Positions 43,099 to 59,075 are shown, counted from the first letter of the stretch. The stretch is 64,000 nucleotides of DNA from Octopus vulgaris (GCA_951406725.2 OX597816.1:164920001-164984000), one strand, 5' to 3'. Notes: a model not told the origin generated them from the letters alone. Numbers and translations are program-made.

Positions 43099-43877
43099 AC
43101 ATATGTGTATGTATATTTGTGCGTGTGTGTGAATACATATATATATATAACACTGTGTGTGTATGTGTGTGTGTGTGTGTGCGTGTGTGTAACAGATTAA
43201 GGTAAAATATTTTATTTTACTTTATTCCCCATCTAACTTGTCTTCGAGTACTTTATTCTGGACATAGCTCTGTTTGAACTTGTCGCCTTGAATAACACAT
43301 ATAAATTATTATCTATAATTTACTTACCGATGTTAACATAGGAAAATAGATATATATATATATTTTTAGACAAAATGTCTTTATATTAATTAAAATTTAC
43401 TTTCCTTTGGAAATGAGTTAAAATGAACTATGAACCATAATAATTTTTTCCTCATTGGGGTATCAAAGATTTTATCTATTGCAGTCAATTTTCGTTTTTT
43501 TTCTTAATTTTTATTTCTTTTTCTCTTTTGCAGTTCTTAATAAAAGTTATATAATGAATGGAGACTTAATTTGGTTGCACCGAAGAGACACGGTTATGTC
43601 GAGACGGCTAACTACGAATAATAGAGTAATAAATATTGGAATTGAAAGGTAATTAAATTAAATTAAATGTTAAGTGAAGATAATATAGTGAATTAAATTT
43701 AATTTACGAGAGAATACATTCCCAGACAGACGTCTCTTCTGCCTTGTAAAGAAACAAGTAAGAAATAATATATGTATATACATACGTGTAAATATATGTG
43801 TGTGTGTACGTGGGTATATATACATATATATATATAATATAGGTAATATATATATGTCATATATATATAATATATAT

Positions 43878-43944
<67 letters not shown>

Positions 43945-44184
43945 GCATACGTGTATGCATTAATATATACATGTACATTTATACACACACAAAAATATTA
44001 AAAGATATAGCTAAACACCCACACCACGCACATACCAGTAGTGAAGATGCGTGACCAAGTGGTTAAGGTATTGCACTCATGGTTGCAAGATAATGGTTTC
44101 GATTCTCGGACCGAGCGGTGTGGTATGTTCTTAAGCAAGACATTTCATTTCACGTTCCTCTGCAGCTACTTGGACATATGACGG

Positions 44185-44842
44185 GTGACACCCCCCCTAC
44201 TCACCCGAGGTGACCTTCAATATAGGCAAGTATTTCTTAGCACTGATAGATAGACATTTTCCACTCCAGCATACTAACAGGAAGCTCTTCAATAGACACA
44301 GATTAAAATTCAGTTTCATTTCAACTACAAATTTTAAAAATATAATCGCGCACAACACACAAAAACAAACACAATACGAAACCAGCTGTTCATGCAGGGA
44401 TAAAAATTTGTGCCCAGTAAATGGAGCTTGCATGTCCGAGACAATCATTTACGAAGCCACCGTGGACTCTATACCCACTAAAGACACGGTTTTGACGAAG
44501 AAATACGTGGGCCTTACAGAGAGTAATTTCAAGGCCAGGTTCAATAATCACACCTTGAGCTTTAGGCACTGGGATAAAAGGAAAACAACCAAATATCCAT
44601 TCATATATGGTCATGAAAAGATAAAGGTGTCAGTTCTAATATCCATTGGAAGATCTTAGCCAAGTGTAAGCCCTACACCAACGGCAGTGGAAAGTGCGGT
44701 CTATGTGATATGGAAAGAAGGCTCATCTGGAAAAGCGGCTTAGACCCCGCTAAATGTCTGAATTCAAGAACTGAACTTTTCGGATCATGTCTATATGTGG
44801 CCAAATATTTGTTACGTTTTTGGTCCCCGCGAGATTACTGAT
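44185..44842 (+). mobile_element. Penelope-like element of Naiad-type architecture, C-terminal GIY-YIG fragment
   Basis: PPYSPEVTFNIGKYFLALIDRHFP...CSCR...CPVNGAC...IIYEATV...YVGLT...FKARFNNH; after a frameshift WKIL...KCGLC..E...LNSRTELFGSC. Confidence 0.82.
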
Positions 44843-45685
44843 AGAACTTGCTTTCTATATTGTGTCCACGCACAAGCTTTTCATCTCTTTATACTTTTTA
44901 TTTATATTTCTCAAATATTTTTATTTATATTTTTTATACATATACTTCTTGCATATTTATAGAGATATTGGTTTATAGTTTTATTGCTTATATATTCTTT
45001 ACACAAAATTTTTCTGTATTCGACCTTCCACCTGGCATTTTTCCCTGTGCGTATATAGACGTGTACATAGATTCTTTTGTGCGCGCGTGTGTATGTGCGT
45101 GTGTGCGGGTATGTGCGTATATAGATGTATGCGCGTGTGCATACATGCGAATATGTGCGTATATAGACGTGTTTTACTCAGTGTTGTTATACATTTTCCT
45201 GTATTTTTTCCTTTAACCCTATTTTTTCATGTGTATAGATGTATGTATGATCTTTTTTGTGCGTGCGTGTCTGTGTGCGTATATAGACGTGTGCAGGTAT
45301 GTGCGTATATAGGCATGTGTGTGTGCGTGCATACGGGTATGTGCGTATATAGACATGGTTTATTCTTTGTACACTCCCATAGATGAATGTATACTTTTAG
45401 GTGCACGCACGTAGGTGTGCGGGCACGCATGTGTAGGTATGAACATGTGCGCTTACGCAAATACTATGAACTCTTTACCCTCTTACTTTTACTCCTCCCC
45501 TCATTTATTTCTTTGCCTGGGTTTGAACTCTCTTTTCACAGCTATCATTTATTTAAAAAAAGAACTTTATTTGAACTGTTATTTTTTTTTCTTCCCTTCT
45601 GTTGTGTCTTCTTTCTTTTTTGTGTATCTTTCTTTATTTGAAAACGTATTGACGAACTATATTTGAACTTTTTTTTTTTTTTTAA

Positions 45686-46975
45686 ATGGCAAAGGAAATA
45701 TTAGTGTGGGAATTAATACCTCCAAAATCATGGCTAAAAGAGCTCGAAAGGAAGACGGTGGTGTTGAGGACTTATTCAAAGTCGCTCGATACCATAACCG
45801 TCTTCCCGAAAGCCACAATTTTGAAAGAGCTGGCAGAATACATGTCAGCTACTAAATTTATTTCACGGGGAGTCAAATTTGCAACGGTCTGGTTGCTATT
45901 TGACTCCCCCAAAGAAGCTTGCGATTTTGCAAGCCGGCCCCTCGAGGGGAAGGAAATAATGTTTCTTCCCAGTTATTATGGAAAGAAGTTAACGAGGGCT
46001 TGGGTTTGCGGCTTGCCACCCGGAATTGAGCCCGAGTGGATAGAGGACTCTATCCGCCGGGGTCTGGGTGGTAGCAGTACCAAGCTGCTCAACGTAAAAA
46101 TTTTGCCTACGGCTGATTGGGAGGGGTCAAAAGCTGTGTTGACCCTATGGATCCAATCAGCCGAAAGTCTGGTTTTCCCAGATTTTTTGAGGATGGCCGG
46201 GTCTAGATATCCGGTGATGCTCGAGGGACGCCCCCAAGTGTCACCTGTGCCTGGAGACCGGTCACATCAAGAAAAACTGCCCAAAATAGGATCCTGGAGC
46301 AGTTAACAGAGGAGCCACTCCCTGCTCCCTCAATGGAGGGAGAGAAGGAGAAGGATGTCGAGGAGGTTTCCACCTCCTCGAAAAAACGAAAGCGAAAGGT
46401 GGGCAACAATGGTTGCCCACCGAAGAACCCGAGAGCTGCGGGAGAAAAGAGGACCTGCTGGACACAGCAAGGGAACACCACTCTCCCGCAGCCCAAGGGA
46501 AAAAGAAAAGAAAAAAGAAAAACGGGACATTGCCGGCAGGTTGTGACACGCTGCCGGCGTGTCCCGATTCTCCTTTGGCGGGTGTGCTGCTGGAGGAGGA
46601 ATTTTTGGTCTTCTTCCACAAGGGAGGAACCTTGCAAAATCAAATCAAAAAATTGAAAGGAAGTGCCGGTGGGAGGGGCTTCTGTCCTACACGGAGGACC
46701 CTGAGTGGCCTTCGCAGGTGGCTGCGGAGGTCATATGGGAGAACGACCTATGGAAGATAACGAACTCCTTCCCGAAGGACTCCTTCAGATTTATGTTGAA
46801 ACATTTAAGTTCGGAACGGACCAGGTGCTTCGATGAAGCGAGGAGCCTGACCGGGCGGAAAACTAAAAATGTAAAAAGTGAGAGGATTATTGCCTCGTGT
46901 TTGTGTTTTATTTTAATTTTGAACTGTGTAAGAGGTTTTTGCCTCATTGTGTTTTTTTTTTTAAAAAAGGAAAAC
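45686..46975 (+). mobile_element. LINE ORF1 (RRM-like domain + CX2CX4HX4C knuckle) with no ORF2 after it; HAL1-like
   Basis: 206-aa ORF ending MLEGRP, then a frameshift into KCHLCLETGHIKKNC and a basic tail; ends in a short T-rich UTR and an A-rich tract abutting a SINE. Confidence 0.7.
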
Positions 46976-47659
46976 AGCTTGCTAACCAACCACATGGTTC
47001 CGGGTTCAGTCCCACTGCGTGGAATCTTGGGCAAGTGTCTTCTGCTATAGCCTCGGGCCGACCAATGCCTTGTGAGTGGATTTGGTAGACGGAAACTGAA
47101 AGAAGCCTGTCGTATATATGTATATATATATATGTGTGTGTGTATATGTTTGTGTGTCTGTGTTTGTCCCCCTAGCATTGCTTGACAACCGATGCTGGTG
47201 TGTTTACGTCCCCGTCACTTAGCGGATCGGCGAAAGAGAACGATAGAATAAGTACTGGGCTTACAAAGAATAAGTCCCGGGGTCGATTTGCTCGACTAAA
47301 GGCGGTGCTCCAGCATGGCCGCAGTCAAATGACTGAAACAAGTAAAAGAGTAAAAGAGAGAGTAAGAACAATGTTTTAGAGAAGCGAAAGTCGGCGGACG
47401 CTTTTCGTCTTCTCCCATCCTTATCATCCATATATCATCATCATTCATCCCATTAATGTCTCTGTCTAGCCCTCAAGCTTCTCTCTGTGTGCTGCCCTTG
47501 TGGCAAATTTAATGAAATAAAGGAGCTTGCTTCCCAGCAACATAGTTCCGGGTTCAGTACCATTGCTTAGCATCTTGGGTAAGTGTCATCTACTATAGCC
47601 TCGGGCCAGTCAAAGCCTTGTGAGTGGATTTGGTAGACGGAAACTAAAAGAAGCCTGTC

Positions 47660-47690
<31 letters not shown>

Positions 47691-47828
47691 CCTATACCGG
47701 AGTAAACACATATTTGTGAAACAAGGTGGAAAAAGAGTACTCAACTACCAGGGGTAGAGTAATATGCTTTATTTAAAAGCAGCAGAAATTCAACAAAAGC
47801 TGTTATTCGGAGTTTCACGTTCCCGTTC

Positions 47829-47866
47829 CTGTCCGACGAACGGGAACGTGAAACTCCGAGTAACAG
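47829..47866 (+). ncRNA. Minimal hammerhead-like motif, U4C core, at the apex of a palindrome (47768-47898)
   Basis: ctgt CCGACGA acg-ggaa-cgt GAAA ct-ccg-a GUA acag. Confidence 0.65.
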
Positions 47867-47897
47867 CTTTTATTGAATTTCTGCTGCTTTAAATAAA

Positions 47898-47970
<73 letters not shown>

Positions 47971-48076
47971 TAATCCAAACAAGAAAGCACAAAAAAAAAA
48001 CACAACAACGCGAGGACGTGGAACAAATAGGTATTATTGGACGCTCAGGAAAGAAGGAAAGAAGGAAAGAAGGCGG

Positions 48077-48111
48077 GTTTAACGTTTCGAGCGGAGCTCT
48101 TCGTCGGAAAC
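48077..48111 (-). ncRNA. Minimal hammerhead-like motif lacking a stem III loop (AACGTT palindrome), U4C core
   Basis: gttt CCGACGA a gagc-tcc-gctc GAAA c GUU aaac. Confidence 0.55.
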
Positions 48112-49181
48112 ATAGGTGAAGGAAAGATCCAGAGAAGGGAAGACAGAGGAAAAAATCGCCAGCGGCACACACGAGGTCACATTTTGAAAGACCGGAAGGA
48201 AAAGAGTGAAGAAAGATGTTTTCAAAGACAGAAGAGTAGTATTGTCAAAGACAGCAGAATGGTAGGAGGGGGAATCTGTGTGTAAGTGTGCATGCGCGGA
48301 GGTCTGCGTGTGTGTGTGTGTGTATGTGTGCAATGATGAAAAGTGTGTGTGTGTGTGCGTGTGTGTGTGTGGTTGTGGCTGTAAACAAAGGGCTATTAGT
48401 AGGGCTAGTTTGTAGGGCTAGTAGAATAAGGAGTGGTGTTTTTTTGTCCCTGTCACAGGTCAGTACATATTACTTTGAAGTATGTGTGTGTGTGTATGTA
48501 TATGTATCGTGTATGTGTTTTGTTTGTAGTGTGTGTGTATGTATGTGTGAGTTCGTGTGTGTATGCGTAGAGTTTGGGCGTGTGGCGAATAACTGTGCTT
48601 TACTTAGTGTATGTGTGCGTGTGTGCTTGTACGTGCGTATGTGTGTATACATGTATGTATAATTGTGTGCGTGAATGTATAATTGTGTGCCGTGTGTATG
48701 GAATGTATGTGTGGGTTCATTTGTGTGTGTGTGTGTATGTATGTGCGTGCGTGTTGTATATGCGTGCAGTTGTGTGTGCGTGTACATGTGCGTTTGTATG
48801 TGTGTGTGTGTGTAAGCGTATATGGATGTATATGCGTGTATCCGTGGGGTTGTGAGTTTTGGGTGTGTGCATCGGTGTGCATGTGTGCGTGCGTATGTGT
48901 GCGCATGTTTATGTGTGCATATGTGTGTGTGTGTGTGTGTGTGTCTGTGCCTATATGTGTATGTGAATTTGTGTATGCATGTGTGTGTGTGTGTGTGTGA
49001 GAGTTTTTTGAGTTGTGTGGGCGTAATGTGCGTGCGTGTGCTTGTGTGCATGTGTGCGCTTACGTGCGTGTATGTCTGTGTGTGTGTCTGTGCCCATGTG
49101 TGTATTGTTTCTTGGAGGTATATGTGGGCATCTGTGCTGGTATGTGTGTATGTACGTGTGTATGTGTGTGTGCGTGTATTG

Positions 49182-49251
<70 letters not shown>

Positions 49252-49275
49252 CGTGCGAGTGAATGTATGTATACA

Positions 49276-49320
<45 letters not shown>

Positions 49321-50300
49321 TTGTGTGTGTGCGCGTATCTGTTTTTGCCCCTCTCCATCACTTCACAACTGATGTTGGTGTATTAATCTCCTGCAGCCTG
49401 CCACGGTATTGGTATGTTTGCGTCCCCATTACTTAACAATTCAGCAAAAGACGTTAAATACAGAATAAACAATAAACAAACACAAGCATAGGGCTCGATT
49501 TGTTGGACTAAAACCCTTCAGGGCGATGCCCCAGCAATGACCATATTTCCTTGACTGAAGGAATCATAAGATAAAACTTCACCGTTCTCTCGTTCTTCTT
49601 TTGCAGTCATTGATTTTAATCGAATTTTTCGTGACCAAAACTCACAATGCTAACGGAGTGTATAGGTTAGGTAGAGATTTAGCTGTCCGAACGAACAACT
49701 CTACGTCAGTTTTACAAAAATTTACCAATAGGAATTCCATTTTCCAGGAGAAATTGAACAAAAAATATATACTGTAATATAAATTTCATCGACAGTTACA
49801 AAATATCGTTATTTTCTGTGAAATGGTTCAAGGGAGATAATCAGAACATAAACTATTTGGGTCGTCTCCGTCGGCAGGCTTCTCGTTCGATATTTTGTCT
49901 CCACTAAACATTTTCAACTACATAGAATGTATATAAGTATATATGTGCTTATGTATGTATGTATGTATGTATGTATGTATGTATGTATGTATGTATGTAT
50001 GTATGTATGTATGTATGTATGTATGTATGTATGTATGTGATCAGTTTTATTTAAAGATTTTTTGCCAATAGAGAAAGAGCCGGTTTGTATGTATAAATTC
50101 TTAAAATCCTTTAAAATGTGTTAGCCCGAAGGCCGGGCCATGCTGGGGCACCACCGCTGCTATGTATATATATATATATGTATGTATATACATCTACGCA
50201 TTCTTTTTCGCTCTCATCTCTCATCTCTTTCTCCCTCACTCCCCTTCTCTCTTTATTTCTCTCCCCCTCCCTCCATCTCCCCTCTCTCTCTAGATATATA

Positions 50301-51588
<1,288 letters not shown>

Positions 51589-51835
51589 TATATAAATTAG
51601 AGAAAAACCACTATTATGTAATTCAAACAATGATAGATTTAAATCACACCATATAGAAAAAATAAAAGATATGATGAAACATTTACCTAGATCAAAATAA
51701 AGTACATAATAATAAACAATATATAATTAATAAATAGAATTTTCCCTTGTAAGTTTGGAGTTATACTCCCTATTTTTATTATTATTATTATTATAATTAT
51801 TATTATTATCATATATTATACATACACACAAACAC

Positions 51836-51900
<65 letters not shown>

Positions 51901-52064
51901 CCACAAGCTTCGTTCAGTTTCCGTTTACCAAATCCACCCACAAGGCTTTGTTCGGCACAAAGCTATAGTAGAAGACACTTGTCGAAGGTGCCACGCAGTG
52001 GTACTGAACCCGGAACCATGCGATCGGAAAGCAAGCCTCTTACCACACAGCCATTCCTCGTATC

Positions 52065-52212
<148 letters not shown>

Positions 52213-52895
52213 TACACACACACACACACACACATGCATATATATTCTATTATACTTTTATATTTGTTTCAGTCATATGCCATCGAGCATATAGATTCTC
52301 ACTCTGAACGGTCTTTCCATTAAACCAAAAGGGCATTACTGCTGAAACGGTTAAAAAGTAGACCTGTGATACAGCAACTGTTAAAGGGAGGTAACTCTAC
52401 TTAACTTAGTATCGTTAATACAGCTTGCTGGTAAATGCGACGGGCAAAATGCGTAGCGATATTTCGTCTGTCGTTATGTTCTGAGTTCAAATTCCGCCGA
52501 GATCGACTTTGCCTTTCATCCTTTCGGGGTCGATAAATTAAGTACCACTTACGCACTGGGGTCGATGTAATCGACTTAATCCGTTTGTCTGTCCTTGTTT
52601 GTCTCCTCTGTGTGTAGCCCCTTGTGGGTAATAAAGAAATAGGTATTTCGTCTGTCGTTACGTTCTGAGTTCAAATTCCGCCGAGATCGACTTTGCCTTT
52701 CATCTTTTCGGAGTCGATAAAATAAGTACCAGTTGAGTATTGGAGTGAATGTAATCGACTTATCTTTTCCCTCGAGATTGCTGGCCTCGTGCCAACATTT
52801 GGAATGAACCTTTGTACGTACGCAGGCACACAAACGGCCGTGTAGGCGCGCATACATACGCTTAAACAAATATAAAATATGCATAAAATATATAT

Positions 52896-52951
<56 letters not shown>

Positions 52952-53543
52952 TCTCTCTCTCTTTTATTCTTATTCTTGTTTCAGTCATTTGACTGCGCCT
53001 ATGCTGGAGCACCGCCTTTAGTCGAGCAAATCGACCTTAGGACTTATTCTTTGTAAGCCTAGTACTTAATCTATCGTTCTTTTTGCCGAACCGCTAGGTT
53101 ACAGGGACCTAAACACATCAGCATCGGTTATCAAGTGATGTTGGTGGGGGGGGGGAAACACACACACATACACACACACACACGCACATATATATATATA
53201 TACACATACATACATATGACGGGCTTCTTTCAGTTTCCGTCAACCAAATCCACTCACAAGGCTATGGTCGGCCTTAGGCTATAGTAGAAGACACTCCCCC
53301 AAGGTGCCACGCCCAAGGTGCACTTTACCAACCACTCAGCTCTTAAGTTATCAGCACATATACGATGTATATGTTTTGTTTATACACCCATTTGCTACGG
53401 GACAGCATCCTGGGAACGTTCCCTACACGACGGCAAATGGGCGTAGGAAAAAAAACACATACACGACATACATTATATATGTGCGACCAATAATATTTAC
53501 AGTACCAGAGGTACATTTCATTCGTAATTTATTTTATGATATA

Positions 53544-53763
<220 letters not shown>

Positions 53764-53939
53764 AAATGCGATATTCCTCCCTGTGTTTGTGAAATCCCGT
53801 ATCCCTGCCGTAAGGCTTCATTTCCACACACGCCAGCTTGATTTAATTCGTGTTTAGTCGAAAGACACTTGTTGTTATGTCCTGTTATTATTTTGTTGTA
53901 TTTGTGTAACATTGTCCGTTTTTTTTTTCCGTCCTTGTT

Positions 53940-54760
53940 TGGTGTTTTGGTCTCCCTATGTCCTGCTGTGACTCTAGCAGCTCTTACTAAATGTTCTTCA
54001 CTATTACCTGCATAGGAGTCTATATCTTTTCTAGCTAACTCCACGCAGTCTTCTACTGATATTAGCTATCCTCTACCTTCCTTTGTAGGTAAGTATAATT
54101 TTACTGTTCCTGCCCTTGGGTGGAGTCCTCCATTCATATTTAATTCCTTTCCAGTTCTTCTGTCTGGCTTTACTAATTCAGTCTTTGTCCAATCTACAAA
54201 AACTGCTGAGTATCTAAGTAATGATACTGACCAAGTATCTACAGCCATCACTAGATACGGACCATTTAGCTTTGACTTCCTTAGATTTCTCAGCCTTCTG
54301 ATATACTCCTCAATTATCGTTTTTATTTTTGTAGTTAGTACACTGTCTGATTCTAATACTCCTAGATTCTTATAACTCTCTCAGAGCTGTATCTCTTATG
54401 TTGTTGTTTGACTTTGCCACTGCCTGTCTTTCTTTTCCAGTTCTCTTGTGATCTCTTCTCCCTCCAATTCTGTCATCCACTTTCTTCTCCTGATAACATT
54501 AGCTTGATCGACTAATCTCTGCTCAGTCACCTTAAACATATCCTTGTTTACCCAAAATGTTAACATCCGTTTTCTATAGCCCTTTCTTGTAGGTTCACCT
54601 CACTTTCTAAGTAGCATTGTATCACTATCCTGTTTTTTTTCGCTGGTCCACTACCTCCTCCTTGTTCTATTGTCTGCTGATACTGTATTAGGATGACAGC
54701 TGTGGTCAGTCTGCATCTTTACTGATCCACTGCTGAGTGAGAGGCCTTCCCTTAAAGGTC
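53940..54760 (-). mobile_element. Internally deleted R4-clade LINE
   Basis: N-terminal GYRKRM...EQRLVDQANVIR...W segment joined to the thumb region (DTWSVSLLRYS...LHPRA...LYLPTKEGRG); RT core absent. Confidence 0.7.
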
Positions 54761-55157
54761 CAGCTTCATTTTTGCTGTTCCAACCAGAGTTCTTTGAAAC
54801 CCACTGTATCCCATAAACTGAGGTAAGGTAACGTTCGTCACCATCGTCATCATCACTATTACTTTACGATATCTGAAAGGTTCAAGCAGCTTTCTATTGC
54901 ACCATTTGTTGTACCTTTGTGCTGGCGGGGTGGTGTGTGCTGCCATTTTTGGCGGGGTGGGTGGGGGCATACTGTGTTTTATCAGTACATTTTGTACTTG
55001 AGTCTTCGGTTGTATTAGTTTTTATATTGTGTGTTGTTTGTGTAGTGCAGGTTGTGTTCTTCTGTCGGATATCGGCCTTCTATGGCATATGTTGTAGGTT
55101 TTGTTTGTTTTATCGGGTATTTACAGTATGAGTTTATTTTGGAAAGGGGTTGCATAG

Positions 55158-55194
<37 letters not shown>

Positions 55195-55273
55195 TCCTTA
55201 ATCAACTATTTTATATTATTTATGATTATCCGTCCGCCGTTCTTTTGCATGGTTTTGTTATGGGTTCCGTTAC

Positions 55274-55328
<55 letters not shown>

Positions 55329-55462
55329 CACTTTCATTATCATTTTCTTGCCGAGTGTCTTCCTGACACCTAGGGCAGAGAAAGGCACAGTATACATTTT
55401 TAGGCCATTAAAATAATTACACTAGATTGTTCATATACAAATTTATTACCAATTTATTATTA

Positions 55463-55542
<80 letters not shown>

Positions 55543-55627
55543 GCATTAGCTGCTGCTGTTACTATCGTTGTCGTGTCACTCGGTGAAGTTAAAAGAAGAG
55601 AAAAACGGAAGACAGAAAATGTAATTG

Positions 55628-55783
55628 TTACTGGTTGTTTATTTTGTCTTGGATCCAATCGTAGAAATAATTCACGTTTGCGTAGGCTCCTGGATATTCC
55701 CCACATTTGTAACCGTATGATATTATTCCAATAATATGCCACTTGCCGTTCCTGTAACACTGAAGCGGCCCTCCGGAATCGCC
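55628..55783 (-). CDS. Trypsin-like S1 serine protease, last coding exon (catalytic Ser195)
   Basis: ...tatacggcag|GDSGGPLQCYRNGKWHIIGIISYGYKCGEYPGAYANVNYFYDWIQDKINNQ*; phase 0; AATAAA at 55458-55453. Not shown in the ORF track. Confidence 0.93.
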   Translation of the reverse strand, partial: GDSGGPLQCYRNGKWHIIGIISYGYKCGEYPGAYANVNYFYDWIQDKINNQ

Positions 55784-56124
55784 CTGCCGTATAAACATAA
55801 AACAAATATATTAGAAAAACCAATACATGTCTACATCGTTTCAACATGATATATATGCATTTCGTTATTAAACCGGTACTCCGTCGGTTACGACGACGAG
55901 TGTTCTAGCTGATCCGATCAACGGAACAGCAGTCAACTCGTTAAATTGACGTGCAGGTGGCTGAGTACTCCACAGACATGCGTTCTCGTAAAGTAGTTCT
56001 CGGGGAGATTTGGCGTGTCACAGAGGAATATAGTCTCTTACTCAAAGACATAAGGCGAAACCGGGATTCGAACACACGTCCTTACGATCGTGAGCCGAAT
56101 TCCCTACTCAGTCACGCACACCAC

Positions 56125-56419
56125 CGTGATCACCGTGACCGATGTTTTTACACATCGCTGGTTACAATGCGCTTCGCATTGTTTTAGCCTTCAATTGACG
56201 CCACCCCGCTGGCTAAGCGAGCAGGCCAGCAGATCAAACAGTGAGAGAAAGTTGTGGAGAAAGAGTACAGCAGGGATCGCCACCACCACCCCTGCCGGAG
56301 CCTCATGGAGCTTTAGGTGTTTTCGCTCAATAAATACCCACAACGCCCGGTCTGGGAATCGAAACCGCGATCCTACGACCACGAGTCCGCTGCCCTAACC
56401 ACTGGGCCATTGCGCCTCC
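56125..56419 (-). mobile_element. tRNA-derived SINE family D in the last protease intron
   Basis: Head ggaggcgcaatggcccagtggttagg...gtttcgattccc; cacggt-repeat tail. Confidence 0.75.
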
Positions 56420-56456
56420 ACGTGTAATGAAATAATAACAAGAAAATGACAGTTAC

Positions 56457-56617
56457 GTAACAGGCATCTTTGGAGTAGCCGCTGGCACAGAAAGCACCGT
56501 CATAAAATGTATACGAATTTCGTTCCTCGTCTGGCAGCGTAAACACTCTTGCTTTGCAGACTGCGTCATAAATGATATCTAAACTCGTTTGGTAAGGTAT
56601 TGCAGAACCTTTGCCGT
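56457..56617 (-). CDS. S1 serine protease exon (Asp189 pocket)
   Basis: ttacag|ac (D)GKGSAIPYQTSLDIIYDAVC...FCASGYSKDACY|gtaact; phase 1 to phase 0. Confidence 0.92.
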
Positions 56618-57122
56618 CTGTAAAGAAAGGAAATATAATGAATGAGAGTAGGGATATCAATAAATAACACAATAATAATAAAAAAAAAATGGATCACATC
56701 GATAGAGTCGGTTTCATTTATGGAGCTGATAATGTAACGGGGACGTAAAGAAACCTATTTCTTTATTACCCACAAGGGGCTAAACACAGAGGGGACAAAC
56801 AAGGACAGACATAGGTATTTAGTCGATTACATCGACCCCAGTGCGTAACTGGTGCTTAATTTATCGACCCCGAAAGGATGAAAGGCAAAGTCGACCTCGG
56901 CGGAATTTGAACTCACAACGTTACGGCAGCCGAAATACCGCTAAGCATTTCGCCCGACGTGCTAACGATTCTGCCAGTTCACCGCCTTAAACGGGGACGT
57001 AAAGAAACCATCACCAGTTCGTTTACGTCCTCGTTAAGTTTCATCCAGCGATGGTAGTGGCAGGACAAATAAACCTCATCACACATATACATACATACTG
57101 TATAAACGCACACACACACATA

Positions 57123-57189
<67 letters not shown>

Positions 57190-57195
<6 letters not shown>

Positions 57196-58590
57196 AACAT
57201 AACAGAAGTAAATAGACACGCCATAAGACATCGTTTTATGTTTATTCTGAGTTGTTAAAGTTTATATTTTTTATTAATTGATATTTTTATGTTTCAGGTT
57301 CTATATGTGACAGTTTAATCATGCCATGTACAAAAGAAGCCTTGGAACTGTCTGAATTTCAAAGAGGCCGTATTGTGGGTCATTCTGAAGGTGGACATAG
57401 TCAGCGTAAAATCGCAGAAAACCGTTGGATCCCGCTTTCTACATTTAATATATTTCTTTACTACCCACAAGGGGCTAAACACAGAGGAGACAAACAAGGA
57501 CAGACAAATGGATTAAGTCGATTACATCGACCCCAGTGCGTAACTGGTACTTAATTTATCGACCCCGGAAGGATGAAAGGCAAAGTCGACCTCGGCGGAA
57601 TTTGAACTCGGAACGTAACGACAGGCGAAATACGGCAACGCATTTCGCCCGGCGTGCTAACGTTTCTGCCAGCTCGCCGCCTTACATTTAATAGAGTAAT
57701 TGTGCTATTCACCGGAGGGTCCACATCACCTCGCCACATCACCCTCTGATAGGACCCTTCTCTTTACCAAGAGAAGTGTGGAGGATAATCCTCGTTGCAA
57801 GGCCTCTGGCATAGCAGAACAGGTTGATGTCAGTCTCTGAACTTGGTAACTATGGCAGAGCAACAAGAAGGAAGCCACTTCTTCGACCAGCCAACATCAA
57901 GCGGAGAAAAGACTGAGCCAGTGAGATGGTGGAGAGGCCACTAGCGTTTTGGGACACTGTCATATCCACTGATGAGTCCAAATTTGCTGAATTTCCTGAC
58001 AGCGGTCAAATGTGGGTCTGGAGACTTTGTGATCAAGAATTTGATGTGAAACGATTGCAGCCAACAATGAAACACGGCAGCTATTCTGCGATGGTCTGGG
58101 GAGCAATTTGGAGGAATGGTTGATCAGAGCTGGTGGAGTGTAATGGAAACATAAACTCAAATAAATATGTGTCCATATTGCAGAAAGGACTCCTTCCTAT
58201 CGTCTCCAGTAGTGACCCAAGATTTGTTGGATGAGAATGGCATTAAAAAGCTTCCATAGTCAAGCCAGTCACCAGATATGAGCCCTATAGAACACCTCTG
58301 GGACATAGTGGACAGGACACTTCAAAAAAAGAACAAGAAAGCATCTTCAAAGTCAGATCTTTTGAGATTACTGCATGAAACTTGGCTAGAAATTCCGCAA
58401 GAGAATATTCGTCATCTAATCAGTAACATGCCTAATAGGGTCCTTGCATTAAAAAATGCAAAGGGCATGTCCACTAAATATTAAATATTCTCATTATAAC
58501 AATTAATAAATAATTTGAATGTATAATTTCAGATTTAAATAAATTTTAATGATTATAAGGATGTCTATTTACTTCTGTCACATCTGTGTA
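57190..58590 (+). mobile_element. Decayed Tc1 (DD34E-type) transposon in a protease intron, with a nested SINE B
   Basis: [40 protein letters not shown]; TIR core acagaagtaaatagaca / tgtctatttacttctgt; SINE at 57451-57682 with TSD tacatttaata. Confidence 0.88.
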
Positions 58591-58931
58591 CATATAACGT
58601 GTGTGTGCGAAAACGTGGCTTAGTGGTTAGCGTAATCGGCTCACGATCGCAAGGTCGTGAGTTCGATTCCTGGCGGGGTGTTGTTTCTTTAAACAAGACA
58701 CCTTATTCCACATTACGCCAGTCCACTCAGCTGGCAAAAAAATGAGTAATACCTGTGTTTCAAAAAGGGCCACCCTTATCACATTCTGTGTCATGGTGAG
58801 TCTCACCGAGAACTACATTTTGGGTACGCGTGTCTGTGGAGTACTCAGCCAGTTGCGGGTTAATTTCAAGAGCAGCCTGACCCGTTGATCGAATCAACTG
58901 AAACACTCGTCGTTATAACGAACGGAGTGTC

Positions 58932-58966
<35 letters not shown>

Positions 58967-59000
58967 TGTATGTATGTATGTATGTATGTATGTATTTTGG

Positions 59001-59075
<75 letters not shown>

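Noticed and set aside
44614-44616. In-frame TGA in the Naiad-type ORF as selenocysteine
   Set aside because: It falls at the usual Leu of IWxLK, beside a frameshift in a decayed copy, and no SECIS was recognised.
47320-47348. SINE A tail hairpin + GAAAC-AA-GTA as a hammerhead
   Set aside because: No CUGANGA-like strand or stem I; better explained as a LINE-derived 3' stem-loop.
56340-56419. tRNA genes (also 24545-24609, 58612-58680)
   Set aside because: tRNA-like heads run directly into repeated SINE bodies, and the acceptor stems are imperfect.
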